Shown here one piece after another: positions 8,635 through 18,125 of a DNA stretch of 49,049 nucleotides. A program made the translations under genes and the position numbers. The notes beneath the pieces were generated by a model. That model made no database searches. It had not been told where the DNA came from and saw nothing but the letters and a program-made list of their open reading frames with translations. The DNA is from an uncultured Flavobacteriales bacterium (GTDB taxonomy: Bacteria > Bacteroidota > Bacteroidia > Flavobacteriales_D > Parvicellaceae), in assembly GCA_938084875.1 (NCBI GenBank), contig CALKFX010000041.1, forward strand, positions 1-49,049, in the 5' to 3' direction. The stretch's first letter is position 1. Each line of letters opens with the position of its first letter.

Positions 8635-10662
8635 ATGTCAGAAAACAAGAATAAAAAAAAAATCAAAGGGAATTTACCAAAGTTTAATTTTTACTGGGTA
8701 TATGGAATTGTAGCAGTAATTTTGATTTCTATTAACCTTTTTAATCCAGTAAATACTGGCATATTGAAAACTAACTATTCGGAGTTTAAATCTTTTGTTG
8801 AAAATAAACAGGTAAGAAAAATTGAGGTTATAAATAAAAAAGAAGCAAGAGTTTATATCTCCCCTGACCAATTAGACCAACCACCACACAAAGACAAAAA
8901 TATTCCAAAAAATAGTGTTTTTGGTGGTCCAAACAATGGGCCGCATTATGTTTTTAACATTCCAAATAACGAAAGCTTTTCGATATATTTAGAAGAGGCT
9001 CAAAAAGAATATGCAAGAAAAAATCAAACCTTAATGTACGATTATGTGGAGGAAGATAATTTTGGGAAAGATATTTTAGGATGGATTATATTCTTTGGAA
9101 TTATGATTGCTGTTTGGTCTTTTATTATGAGAAGAGTTTCTGGAGGTGGAGGCGGTGCAGGAGGACAAATTTTTAACATTGGAAAGTCAAAAGCTCAAAT
9201 GTTTGGTCAAGGCAAATCTACCAATGTAACTTTTGATAACGTTGCTGGTCTTGAAGAGGCAAAAGAAGAAGTAAAAGAGATTGTTGATTTTTTAAAAACC
9301 CCTAAAAAATATACCGCTTTAGGCGCTAAAATACCCAAAGGTGCACTTTTAGTTGGACCTCCAGGCACAGGAAAAACTCTAATTGCAAAAGCTGTTGCAG
9401 GAGAAGCAAAAGTTCCTTTTTTCTCCCTTTCAGGTTCAGATTTTGTAGAAATGTTTGTTGGTGTTGGAGCCTCTAGAGTTAGAGATCTTTTCAAGCAAGC
9501 AAAAGAGAAAGCACCATGTATAATCTTTATCGATGAGATTGATGCAATTGGTAGAGCAAGAGGTAAAAATCCAAATATGGGCTCTAATGATGAAAGAGAG
9601 AATACTCTTAATCAATTATTAACAGAAATGGATGGTTTTGGAACTAACTCAGGGGTAATTATTTTAGCCGCGACTAATAGAGCAGATGTTTTAGATCGTG
9701 CGCTTATGAGAGCTGGAAGGTTTGACAGACAAATTTATGTTGACATGCCTGATCTCAATGAAAGAAAAGAAATATTTGATGTCCACTTAAAACCCCTTAA
9801 ATTGGAGAAAAAATTAGATATAGACTTTCTTGCTAGACAAACTCCTGGATTCAGTGGTGCAGATATTGCCAATATATGTAACGAAGCTGCTCTTATAGCT
9901 GCAAGAAAGAAAAAAACAAGTGTCCAAAAACAAGACTTTTTAGACGCTGTAGATAGAATTATTGGAGGATTAGAAAAAAAGAATAAAATAATAACAAAAC
10001 AAGAAAAGAAAACAATTGCATATCACGAGTCTGGTCATGCTACAGTAAGTTGGATGTTAGAGCATGCAAATCCACTTGTTAAGGTAACCATAGTGCCAAG
10101 AGGAAGAAGTTTAGGAGCAGCTTGGTATTTACCAGAAGAACGCTCTTTGACCACTACAGAACAGATTTTAGATGAAATGTGTGCTGCTTTAGGTGGAAGA
10201 GCTGCAGAATCAATAATTTTCAATAAAATCTCTACGGGCGCACTAAGCGATTTAGAAAAAGTAACAAAGCAAGCAATGGCTATGGTTACAATTTATGGTT
10301 TAGATGAGAAAATTGGAAATGTTTCCTACTACGATTCACAAAACCAAGGCTATGGCTTTACAAAACCTTATTCTGAGGATACTGCTAAAATAATTGACCA
10401 AGAAATAAAGAAGATTATTGACACGCAATACGAAAGAGCTAAAGCCATTCTTAAAAAACACGAAGATAAACTTCATCAATTAGCTAATAAGCTTCTTGAG
10501 TCTGAAGTGATTTTTAAAGAAGACTTAGAAACTATTTTTGGTAAAAGACCATTTGAGAAAGAGGTTATCGAAGAAAAGCTTAAAACCACAACAAAAACTC
10601 CTAAAAAGACTTCAAAAAAAGTAGTTGAAACAAAAAAAACAAGCTCTAAAAAGTCTGCTTAA
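8635..10662 (+). CDS. ftsH: ATP-dependent zinc metalloprotease FtsH
   Basis: Walker [10 protein letters not shown], Walker [33 protein letters not shown], and the zinc site HESGHA. Confidence 0.95.
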   Translation: MSENKNKKKIKGNLPKFNFYWVYGIVAVILISINLFNPVNTGILKTNYSEFKSFVENKQVRKIEVINKKEARVYISPDQLDQPPHKDKNIPKNSVFGGPNNGPHYVFNIPNNESFSIYLEEAQKEYARKNQTLMYDYVEEDNFGKDILGWIIFFGIMIAVWSFIMRRVSGGGGGAGGQIFNIGKSKAQMFGQGKSTNVTFDNVAGLEEAKEEVKEIVDFLKTPKKYTALGAKIPKGALLVGPPGTGKTLIAKAVAGEAKVPFFSLSGSDFVEMFVGVGASRVRDLFKQAKEKAPCIIFIDEIDAIGRARGKNPNMGSNDERENTLNQLLTEMDGFGTNSGVIILAATNRADVLDRALMRAGRFDRQIYVDMPDLNERKEIFDVHLKPLKLEKKLDIDFLARQTPGFSGADIANICNEAALIAARKKKTSVQKQDFLDAVDRIIGGLEKKNKIITKQEKKTIAYHESGHATVSWMLEHANPLVKVTIVPRGRSLGAAWYLPEERSLTTTEQILDEMCAALGGRAAESIIFNKISTGALSDLEKVTKQAMAMVTIYGLDEKIGNVSYYDSQNQGYGFTKPYSEDTAKIIDQEIKKIIDTQYERAKAILKKHEDKLHQLANKLLESEVIFKEDLETIFGKRPFEKEVIEEKLKTTTKTPKKTSKKVVETKKTSSKKSA

Positions 10663-10709
10663 TTAATTTTGGCATTAAAGTTTCTTACTTTTAATTTTAT
10701 TACTGTAAA

Positions 10710-11354
10710 ATGAGTGAGTTTTTAAAAAGAGTTTTATCTGGTATTTTATATGTAGTTGTTTTATGGTCAGCAACTAGTTATTCTCAAGTCTCTTTTGGTT
10801 TATTATTTATTATTCTAGGCTTAATTTGTCTTTTCGAAATGTGGATGTTAAGAAAAGGAAAATCTAAAATAGTTCCATTCATCTATGTTTTAACACCATT
10901 TCTCGTTGTTCAACTATTTGGATTTACTGAACATAATTATCCACTGAAAGAATTTGATTCCTCTCCAGTTCTAATTTTATTTGTACTAACTTGGGTTTTT
11001 GATTCCTTTGCATATATAATTGGATCTAAATTTGGTAAAAATAGAATTATGCCCAAAATTTCCCCTAAGAAATCTTGGGAAGGGTTTTTTGGAGGAATGG
11101 CATTCACAGTTATATCTGTATATTTTTTAAATGCTTTTTTTGATTCTTTTTCAATGAAATTTTTATTACTATTGGCTTTAATTGTGCCTTTTACAGCTAC
11201 AGCAGGTGATTTGATAGAATCTCATTACAAAAGAGAAGCTGGGGTCAAAGACTCTGGAAACTTAATCCCAGGGCATGGAGGATTTTTGGATAGAATGGAT
11301 GCTCTTATGCTCTCAATTCCTGTTTTATATCTATTAACAAATATATTTAAATGA
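10710..11354 (+). CDS. cdsA: Phosphatidate cytidylyltransferase
   Basis: SPKKSWEGFFGG and GDLIESHYKREAGVKDSGNLIPGHGGFLDRMDAL (CTP-transferase signature). Confidence 0.85.
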   Translation: MSEFLKRVLSGILYVVVLWSATSYSQVSFGLLFIILGLICLFEMWMLRKGKSKIVPFIYVLTPFLVVQLFGFTEHNYPLKEFDSSPVLILFVLTWVFDSFAYIIGSKFGKNRIMPKISPKKSWEGFFGGMAFTVISVYFLNAFFDSFSMKFLLLLALIVPFTATAGDLIESHYKREAGVKDSGNLIPGHGGFLDRMDALMLSIPVLYLLTNIFK

Positions 11355-12004
11355 AAATACATAGAGAAGGTTACCCAACGATACTAATAACTTTTATACT
11401 TATTGCACTAATAAACTTCTTAAGTTTTTATTACTCCAAGCTTCTAATTATACAACTTCCAATTCTTTTGGTCTCGTTAGTATTTTTTTACTTAATTCTA
11501 CATTTTTTTAGAAACCCAATCCGAGATGTTGATGTAAATAACAAGCATATTATTGCCCCTAGCGATGGTAAGCTTGTTGTTTTAGAAGAAGTCTTTGAGA
11601 ATGAGTTTTTAAAAGAGGATTGTACACAACTAAGTATTTTTATGTCACCATTAAACGTTCATAAACAATGGTATCCTGTAAATGGAGAAGTAATTTACAG
11701 TAAAAACCACCATGGTAAATACTTAGTAGCTTGGCATCCCAAATCTAGTACTGAAAATGAGCGATCTACTGTAGTAATTCAGACAGAAGAGAATCAAAAA
11801 GTTCTATTCAGACAAATTGCTGGTGCTGTAGCAAGAAGAATTTGTAACTACTCTTCGAAAGGTGATAAAGTAAATCAAAATATGGAAGCTGGTTTTATAA
11901 AATTTGGCTCTAGAATTGATGTATTTGTTCCTAAAGGAAGTAAAATTAAAGTTTCTCTAAATGATATAATTATTGGGGGTGAAACTATCCTTGCTGAAAT
12001 TTAA
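11351..12004 (+). CDS. psd: Phosphatidylserine decarboxylase proenzyme (short form)
   Basis: FFRNPIR, PSDGKLV, FMSPLNVHKQW, and GFIKFGSRIDVF (the GS self-cleavage site region). ATGA overlap with cdsA. Confidence 0.85.
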   Translation: MKIHREGYPTILITFILIALINFLSFYYSKLLIIQLPILLVSLVFFYLILHFFRNPIRDVDVNNKHIIAPSDGKLVVLEEVFENEFLKEDCTQLSIFMSPLNVHKQWYPVNGEVIYSKNHHGKYLVAWHPKSSTENERSTVVIQTEENQKVLFRQIAGAVARRICNYSSKGDKVNQNMEAGFIKFGSRIDVFVPKGSKIKVSLNDIIIGGETILAEI

Positions 12005-12103
12005 CCACCATATATTACAGAGTTAACAATAAATTAATACTTTTGTATCGAAATTAATGTTTTTGTAGCTACTTAAACTGTACTCAACAAAAAATTATTT
12101 TGA

Positions 12104-12313
12104 ATGAAAAAATTATTATTATCTCTTGGTTCCATAGCAATTTTTGGGATTGGAGTAACTATAAACAGTCTTAATCTTTTTGAAGCTCCCAAGACAACTG
12201 AAAATAATATTTCGAAATTAAATTATAAAAAACTTTCCAATTCTAAGAAAGAAAACATTTCCCAAGAATCAACTTTTGAAAGTTCTTGTTGTCCTGAAAT
12301 TTTAAATAATTAA
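12104..12313 (+). CDS. Small hypothetical secreted or membrane-anchored protein (69 aa)
   Basis: ORF with signal-like MKKLLLSLGSIAIFGIGV. A TACTTTTG (TAnnTTTG-type) motif sits at 12038..12045 upstream. No homology recognised. It could be non-coding. Confidence 0.3.
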   Translation: MKKLLLSLGSIAIFGIGVTINSLNLFEAPKTTENNISKLNYKKLSNSKKENISQESTFESSCCPEILNN

Positions 12314-12319
12314 AATTAT

Positions 12320-13471
12320 CTAATTACTGGCTTTTTTTCTTAAAAGCAGAGAACATCTGTATCTATCTTCGTGATATAGTTTATAAAGCATATCTATTTT
12401 ATCAACTACCCAAGAAAAAGATTTTTCTTTACCCCATTTAATTAATCCTTTAGGGTAGTTAACTCCTTTAGTCATAGCTAACTCAATATCTTGTTCACTT
12501 GCAATTCCAAGGTATAAAGCGTCCACAGCTTCGTTAATTAACATCACTAAAATTCTTTCAAAAATCTCTACCAATAACTTTTCATCCCTAGAAGGTGAAA
12601 CTAATTCAACATTACCATCATAGTCATAGTAACCCTTGGAAGATTTTCTTCCATGCCATCCTGCATCTGCATATTGTTTTTGGGTAAAAGATGGTTTGTA
12701 TCTTGGGTCGTAATAAAATGCCTTAAAAACAGATTCTGTCACTGCATAATTGACATCATTACCAATAAAATCCATTAGCTCAAAAGGTCCCATTTTAAAA
12801 CCCCCAATATGTTTCATCGCAAAATCTATTGTTGCAAAATCAGCAATCTGCTCTTCATATATTCTTAATGCCTCACTGTAAAAGGGTCTTGCAATTCTAT
12901 TAACAATAAACCCAGGAGTATCTTTTGCGATTACTGGTTTTTTATTCCAGTTTAAAAGTAATTGATGAATTTCTTTTACTAAATTATTATTAGTCTGTAA
13001 AGCTGGTATAATTTCAACTAAAGGCATCACAGGAGCTGGATTAAAAAAGTGGATTCCTATGAATCTAATTGGATTTTTCAAGCAAGATGCTAGGCTAGTA
13101 ATAGAAATAGAAGAAGTATTGGTTGCTAATACACAATCGTCACTAACTATAGACTCTATTTGAGAAAATATTTCTTTTTTAGCCGCACTATTTTCTACTA
13201 TTGCCTCAATAATCAAATCTGAATCCTTCATGAATTCTAAGCTTTCTACAATTTTAATATTAGATAAAATAGAATCTTTTTTAATAGAGTTTATTTTTCC
13301 TTTTTCTATAAGTCTTAACAATACTTCTTCTAACTTTTTTATAGCTTGTTCACTTACAGATTTATTCTGATCATATAAGAAAACATTACAATCCGAAGTA
13401 GAAGCAATTTGAGCTATACCAACGCCCATAGACCCAGCACCTATTATTCCAATATTTTTAAAACTTTTCAT
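12320..13471 (-). CDS. 3-hydroxyacyl-CoA (3-hydroxybutyryl-CoA) dehydrogenase, NAD-binding
   Basis: Rossmann N-terminus IGIIGAGSMGVGIAQ, NTSSISIT, HFFNPAPVMPLVE, and GFIVNRI. Confidence 0.85.
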   Translation of the reverse strand: MKSFKNIGIIGAGSMGVGIAQIASTSDCNVFLYDQNKSVSEQAIKKLEEVLLRLIEKGKINSIKKDSILSNIKIVESLEFMKDSDLIIEAIVENSAAKKEIFSQIESIVSDDCVLATNTSSISITSLASCLKNPIRFIGIHFFNPAPVMPLVEIIPALQTNNNLVKEIHQLLLNWNKKPVIAKDTPGFIVNRIARPFYSEALRIYEEQIADFATIDFAMKHIGGFKMGPFELMDFIGNDVNYAVTESVFKAFYYDPRYKPSFTQKQYADAGWHGRKSSKGYYDYDGNVELVSPSRDEKLLVEIFERILVMLINEAVDALYLGIASEQDIELAMTKGVNYPKGLIKWGKEKSFSWVVDKIDMLYKLYHEDRYRCSLLLRKKASN

Positions 13472-13501
13472 AAAAAAACTCTATTTAATAATTAAACTAT
13501 G

Positions 13502-14725
13502 CTATTCAAAGTCATCGTAAATCAGGTATTTTTTCCTAATTAATTTAAACTTCTCTAACTCCATTTGGTAAGTTTCTCTAATTTGAACTCCACTTGCTCC
13601 ACCTTTAACTAGATTCATAATTTTATCTGTACCCGCCAAGAGATTAAAAAAATCGTTTTTATTAAAAAAATCTAAAGACTCATTAGACATCTTAAAACTT
13701 TTTACCAACCAATTAAAATTTAATGAATTGACATTTCTTAATGAATCCAAACTTAAAGTCCTTAAATCTTCTCCAAAACAATCAATCTCTTTGTACTTTG
13801 GATATTTAGAACCATAAGATGATTTTGGAGTAAATTTAAATAATTTAGAATCAAAATATGGTGCTCCATAAATCTGAAAAGGAAAATCAGTTCCCCTTCC
13901 AATACTAACATTAGTTCCCTCAAAAAAACATAGTGAAGGATACAGGTAAACACTTCTCATATTTGGTAAATTAGGCGAAGGGGGAATAGGTAAATTATAT
14001 TTGATCAAGTGGTTGTAATTCAAGCATGGTATTACTTCTAAAGAACACTTTACAGAATCTTTAAGCCACCTTTCACCATTAATCATTTTAGCATATTCTC
14101 CAATAGTCATTCCGTGAACTACAGGAACTTTATGCATTCCAACAAAAGATTTAAAATTTGGATCGAGAATTGGCCCATCTACATAAAAACCATTAGGATT
14201 AGGTCTATCAAGTAAAATTAATGGAATGCTATTTTCAGCACAAGCCTCCATAACATAGTGCATACTACTTATATAAGTATAAAATCTAACTCCAACATCT
14301 TGCAAATCAAAAAGAATTAGATCTATGTCCTTTAAAACTTCTTTGGAAGGTTTTCTTCTATTTTTACCATACAAGGAATATATGGGCAATCCAGTTTGTA
14401 AATCAATTTCATCCCTAACCTTTGCACCTGCATCTGCATTTCCTCTAAATCCATGTTCTGGTGAAAAAACTTTAACAATGTTTACTCCCTCATTTAGAAG
14501 TATGTCTACTAAATGATCATTTTTAATCTTAGAAGTTTGATTAGCAACAAATCCAATACGTTTACCTTTCAATTTTTGAAAATAAAGTGAGGTTCTTTCA
14601 GCGCCTACAATTATTGAATCTGACTGACAGGATGCGTTTAAAGTATTTAGGAAAAAAAATAATAATAAATACTTAGTTGATATAAAATATTCTTGAAAAT
14701 GTTGATGTTTGTATATCCTTAGCAT
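13502..14725 (-). CDS. DUF1343 family protein (NamZ-like exo-beta-N-acetylmuramidase)
   Basis: RIGFVANQTS, FSPEHGFRGNADAG, IDLILFDLQDVGVRFYTYISSM and LLDRPNPNG are characteristic DUF1343 blocks. The signal/lipoprotein-like N-terminus contains LNASC. Confidence 0.8.
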   Translation of the reverse strand: MLRIYKHQHFQEYFISTKYLLLFFFLNTLNASCQSDSIIVGAERTSLYFQKLKGKRIGFVANQTSKIKNDHLVDILLNEGVNIVKVFSPEHGFRGNADAGAKVRDEIDLQTGLPIYSLYGKNRRKPSKEVLKDIDLILFDLQDVGVRFYTYISSMHYVMEACAENSIPLILLDRPNPNGFYVDGPILDPNFKSFVGMHKVPVVHGMTIGEYAKMINGERWLKDSVKCSLEVIPCLNYNHLIKYNLPIPPSPNLPNMRSVYLYPSLCFFEGTNVSIGRGTDFPFQIYGAPYFDSKLFKFTPKSSYGSKYPKYKEIDCFGEDLRTLSLDSLRNVNSLNFNWLVKSFKMSNESLDFFNKNDFFNLLAGTDKIMNLVKGGASGVQIRETYQMELEKFKLIRKKYLIYDDFE

Positions 14726-14748
14726 TATTAATTACAATTTACGAAAAA

Positions 14749-16284
14749 TTGAACTTTGAATTATATGTAGCCAAAAGAATGCTGAAAAATAAGAAGCATT
14801 CTAAAAACTTTTCGAGACCAATTGTCCTTATATCAATTGTAGGAGTTATGCTTGGTGTTTCTGTTATGGTAGTCACTATTAGTATTGCAACAGGTTTTCA
14901 AAATAGAATTAAACATAAATTATTAAGTTTTGGGAATCATATTCAAATAGAATCTATGTTTCAAAGTAATAATAATGAAACAAGTCCTATAATTACATTA
15001 AACGAATCTTTTACCAATCTATACAATTTAGAAGACATATATAAAATTCAAAAATACGCCTACAAATCTGCTATTATTCAATCTAAAAGAAAAACAAGTG
15101 GCTCAATAAACGAATTAGAAGGTGTTATTTTTAAGGGAATGGAAAACTTTCAGGAAAACTCGTTTTTTGATGAATATTTAATAGAAGGTAAATACCCAAA
15201 TAAGTCCAAAAAAAATAATGATACAATAGTTATTTCCAAGGAAATTTGTAAAAAACTAAACTTAACAATCAACGATAAAATATCTGCTTTTTTTGTTTCT
15301 GACGGAAAACCAAAACAAAGAAATTTAACAATTGGTGGGATTTACGAAACTGGACTAAACAAAATCGATTCTAGATTTATTTTTATAAATCTTCAATATC
15401 TCCAAAAAATAAATAGATGGGGAATGCAACTTAAGGTTTCATCTTCATTTAGAGAAGATTCTTCAATAATAGAATTTACTGCCAATAACTTTTCAAAAAA
15501 TGGTAAAATGTTATTTGACTGGGGGATCAATAAAATTGTTGCAAACAATCAATTTGAAATTCCAACCAATGTAGATACCCAAATAAATTTAATTGGCTAT
15601 GAAGTAGATAATTTTGAGCAAAATAACCTTTTATCAATTGCAGATACATTAATTATTTCTTTCAAATCTAGTAATAAAGAAATAAGGCTTAGTAATAGCT
15701 TGGGAAGTGAACAATATTATACTGGCGGTTTAGAAATATATACGAAGGATGAAGAGAAAAAAAATCTTATAAAAAATAAACTAAAACTTGACTTTGGTCC
15801 AGAATATAAAATAACAACTATAGAAGAACAACATCAAGAAATTTTCTCGTGGTTAAACTTAATTTATCAGAACGTTTATATCATATTAGGTCTAATGATA
15901 GCCGTTGCTGTAATTAATATGTCTTGTGCACTACTTGTATTAATTGTAGAAAAAACAAAAATGATTGGCATTCTTAAAGCTTTGGGAATGAAGAATTTTT
16001 CCTTAATTAAAATATTTGTTTCTCATGGTGGTATTTTACTGTTTTATGGATTTTTAGCAGGCAATAGTTTGGCACTAATAATTATTCAATTGCAAAATAA
16101 ATTTGAATTTCTAAAACTCTCTCAAGAAAATTATTATCTAGATGCAGTACCAATGGACTATCCTATATCGACCATTATTATTTTAAATTTTGGTGCTTTT
16201 ATTTTTTGTCTAATTACTATGATTTTACCATCCATAATAAGTTCTAAAACTAGCCCAGTTAAAGCAATTAATTCAGAAATTTAG
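14749..16284 (+). CDS. LolC/LolE-type ABC transporter permease (FtsX-like), with an enlarged periplasmic domain
   Basis: N-terminal ELYVAKRML...SRPIVLISIVGVMLGVSVMVVTISIATGFQNRI. The C-terminal FtsX block reads LIVEKTKMIGILKALGM and ends SPVKAI. TTG start. Confidence 0.8.
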   Translation: MNFELYVAKRMLKNKKHSKNFSRPIVLISIVGVMLGVSVMVVTISIATGFQNRIKHKLLSFGNHIQIESMFQSNNNETSPIITLNESFTNLYNLEDIYKIQKYAYKSAIIQSKRKTSGSINELEGVIFKGMENFQENSFFDEYLIEGKYPNKSKKNNDTIVISKEICKKLNLTINDKISAFFVSDGKPKQRNLTIGGIYETGLNKIDSRFIFINLQYLQKINRWGMQLKVSSSFREDSSIIEFTANNFSKNGKMLFDWGINKIVANNQFEIPTNVDTQINLIGYEVDNFEQNNLLSIADTLIISFKSSNKEIRLSNSLGSEQYYTGGLEIYTKDEEKKNLIKNKLKLDFGPEYKITTIEEQHQEIFSWLNLIYQNVYIILGLMIAVAVINMSCALLVLIVEKTKMIGILKALGMKNFSLIKIFVSHGGILLFYGFLAGNSLALIIIQLQNKFEFLKLSQENYYLDAVPMDYPISTIIILNFGAFIFCLITMILPSIISSKTSPVKAINSEI

Positions 16285-16288
16285 TTAT

Positions 16289-17482
16289 CTAAACTAAGTT
16301 ATTTAATGCAGTTGCAATTCTATCCATTGCATCTTTGAGTTTTTCCATTGAAGAAGCATAAGAAATTCTTATACAATTGGGAGAACCAAAAGCATTTCCA
16401 GTGACAACTGCAACTTTAGCAGTTTCCAAAATATACATTGCAAGTTGATCGGAATTATTTACGGTAAAATTTTCGTAGGACTTATTAAAAAAAGCACTAA
16501 CATCTGGAAAAACATAAAATGCTCCCTGGGGCTGATTAATATTTATGCCTTTAATTTTATTTAACTCCTCTAATATGAAATCTCTTCTACTTAAAAAAGC
16601 ATCTCTCATTGAATGAATAACCGATGGATCTGCTGAAACTGCTGCAATTGCAGCACGCTGAGAAATACTGGATGTTCCAGATGTAAATTGACCTTGTATT
16701 TTAGTACATGCTTGTGCAATATGTAGGGGAGCTCCAATATATCCTAAACGCCAACCGGTCATTGCAAAAGATTTAGAAACACCATTTATTGTAACCACTT
16801 GGTTATACATATCTGGAAAAGCTGCAATAGAAAAATAACTTCCTGTAAAATTTATATGCTCATAAATTTCATCGCTTAAAACTGTAATAGAAGGATAATT
16901 TACCAAGACATCTGCTAAAGACCTTAACTCTTCTTTTGAATAAACACTCCCAGATGGATTACAGGGAGAACTGTAAATCATCATTTTTGTTTTATTGGTG
17001 ATAGCATCTTGAAGTTCTAAAGGTGATATTTTAAAATCATTTTTGATGGAAGTGTCAATAAAAACAGGAACACCCTCTGCCATTTTAATGATCTCAGCAT
17101 AACTTACCCAATATGGTGCTGGAACAATAACTTCATCTCCAGGATTAATTAAACTTAAAACCACATTGGCTATAGACTGCTTAGCGCCAGTAGAAACAAC
17201 AATTTGCTCTGAACTGTAATCAATACCATTGTCTCTTTTAAATTTATTTGAAATAGCTTCCCTAAGGTCCTGATAACCATTAACAGGCATATATTTTGAA
17301 AAGTTTTTATCAATACCCTCTTTTCCTGAATCTTTAATAAAATCTGGGGTGTTAAAGTCGGGCTCACCTAAACTCAGGCTAATGATATCAATACCTTGAG
17401 ATTTTAATTCTCTGGCTTTACGTGCCATTGCAATTGTTGCAGACTCTGATAGTCTATTGACTCTGTCGGATATAATTTCCAT
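16289..17482 (-). CDS. Class I PLP-dependent (aspartate-type) aminotransferase
   Basis: LSLGEPDF, NPSG, and the PLP-lysine block SKSFAMTGWRLGY. Confidence 0.85.
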   Translation of the reverse strand: MEIISDRVNRLSESATIAMARKARELKSQGIDIISLSLGEPDFNTPDFIKDSGKEGIDKNFSKYMPVNGYQDLREAISNKFKRDNGIDYSSEQIVVSTGAKQSIANVVLSLINPGDEVIVPAPYWVSYAEIIKMAEGVPVFIDTSIKNDFKISPLELQDAITNKTKMMIYSSPCNPSGSVYSKEELRSLADVLVNYPSITVLSDEIYEHINFTGSYFSIAAFPDMYNQVVTINGVSKSFAMTGWRLGYIGAPLHIAQACTKIQGQFTSGTSSISQRAAIAAVSADPSVIHSMRDAFLSRRDFILEELNKIKGININQPQGAFYVFPDVSAFFNKSYENFTVNNSDQLAMYILETAKVAVVTGNAFGSPNCIRISYASSMEKLKDAMDRIATALNNLV

Positions 17483-17601
17483 AAAATGAATTTTAAAATT
17501 AAATTACATGATTTGAATTTATATTAAGTTGATTTTAAAAAAAGAAATAAACAGGTTATTCACTATTGTAACAATTCAAGAATTTATCCGTAATAATAAA
17601 T

Positions 17602-18117
17602 ATGAAAGATGTATTAATATTATCCATACCACTCGCGGGAATCTTAGTTGCCACCTATTTGATGTTGCAACATTTTCAAAATAAAAACGCCTTTGAAAAG
17701 GAGAAAGAGATTGATATTCAAAAAACAAAAACATTTTTCCCTCTGCAGATACAAGCCTACGAAAGAGTTATTTTATTTTTGGAAAGAATTGATCCTAACA
17801 ATATGATTATTAGAACTCATAAAAATGGAATGAATGCAATAACTCTACACAGAGAATTATTAAAAATAGTAAGAGAGGAATATACCCACAATATGTCTCA
17901 ACAAATTTATATCCATCCCAAGTCTTGGAAAACAGTTTTAAACGCAAAAGATGAAACCATTCAAATTTTAAATGTAGCTGTAAACAATCTATCTGCTGAC
18001 TCCTCGGGACTAGACTTGAGTGCTAAAATATTTGAATCTATTGCTTCTAAAAAAATTAGTCCAACGGAGAATGCAAGAAATTCAATTGTTAAGGAATTTC
18101 AAACAACAATTAAATAA
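17602..18117 (+). CDS. Hypothetical protein with a single N-terminal TM helix
   Basis: 171-aa ORF with N-terminal LILSIPLAGILVATYLML. No family recognised. Confidence 0.45.
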   Translation: MKDVLILSIPLAGILVATYLMLQHFQNKNAFEKEKEIDIQKTKTFFPLQIQAYERVILFLERIDPNNMIIRTHKNGMNAITLHRELLKIVREEYTHNMSQQIYIHPKSWKTVLNAKDETIQILNVAVNNLSADSSGLDLSAKIFESIASKKISPTENARNSIVKEFQTTIK

Positions 18118-18125
18118 ACAAAATT

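Noticed and set aside
9139-9165. Gly-rich run ([10 protein letters not shown]) in ftsH noticed as a possible repeat
   Set aside because: It is the usual flexible linker between TM2 and the AAA+ module in FtsH, and is not a DNA repeat element.
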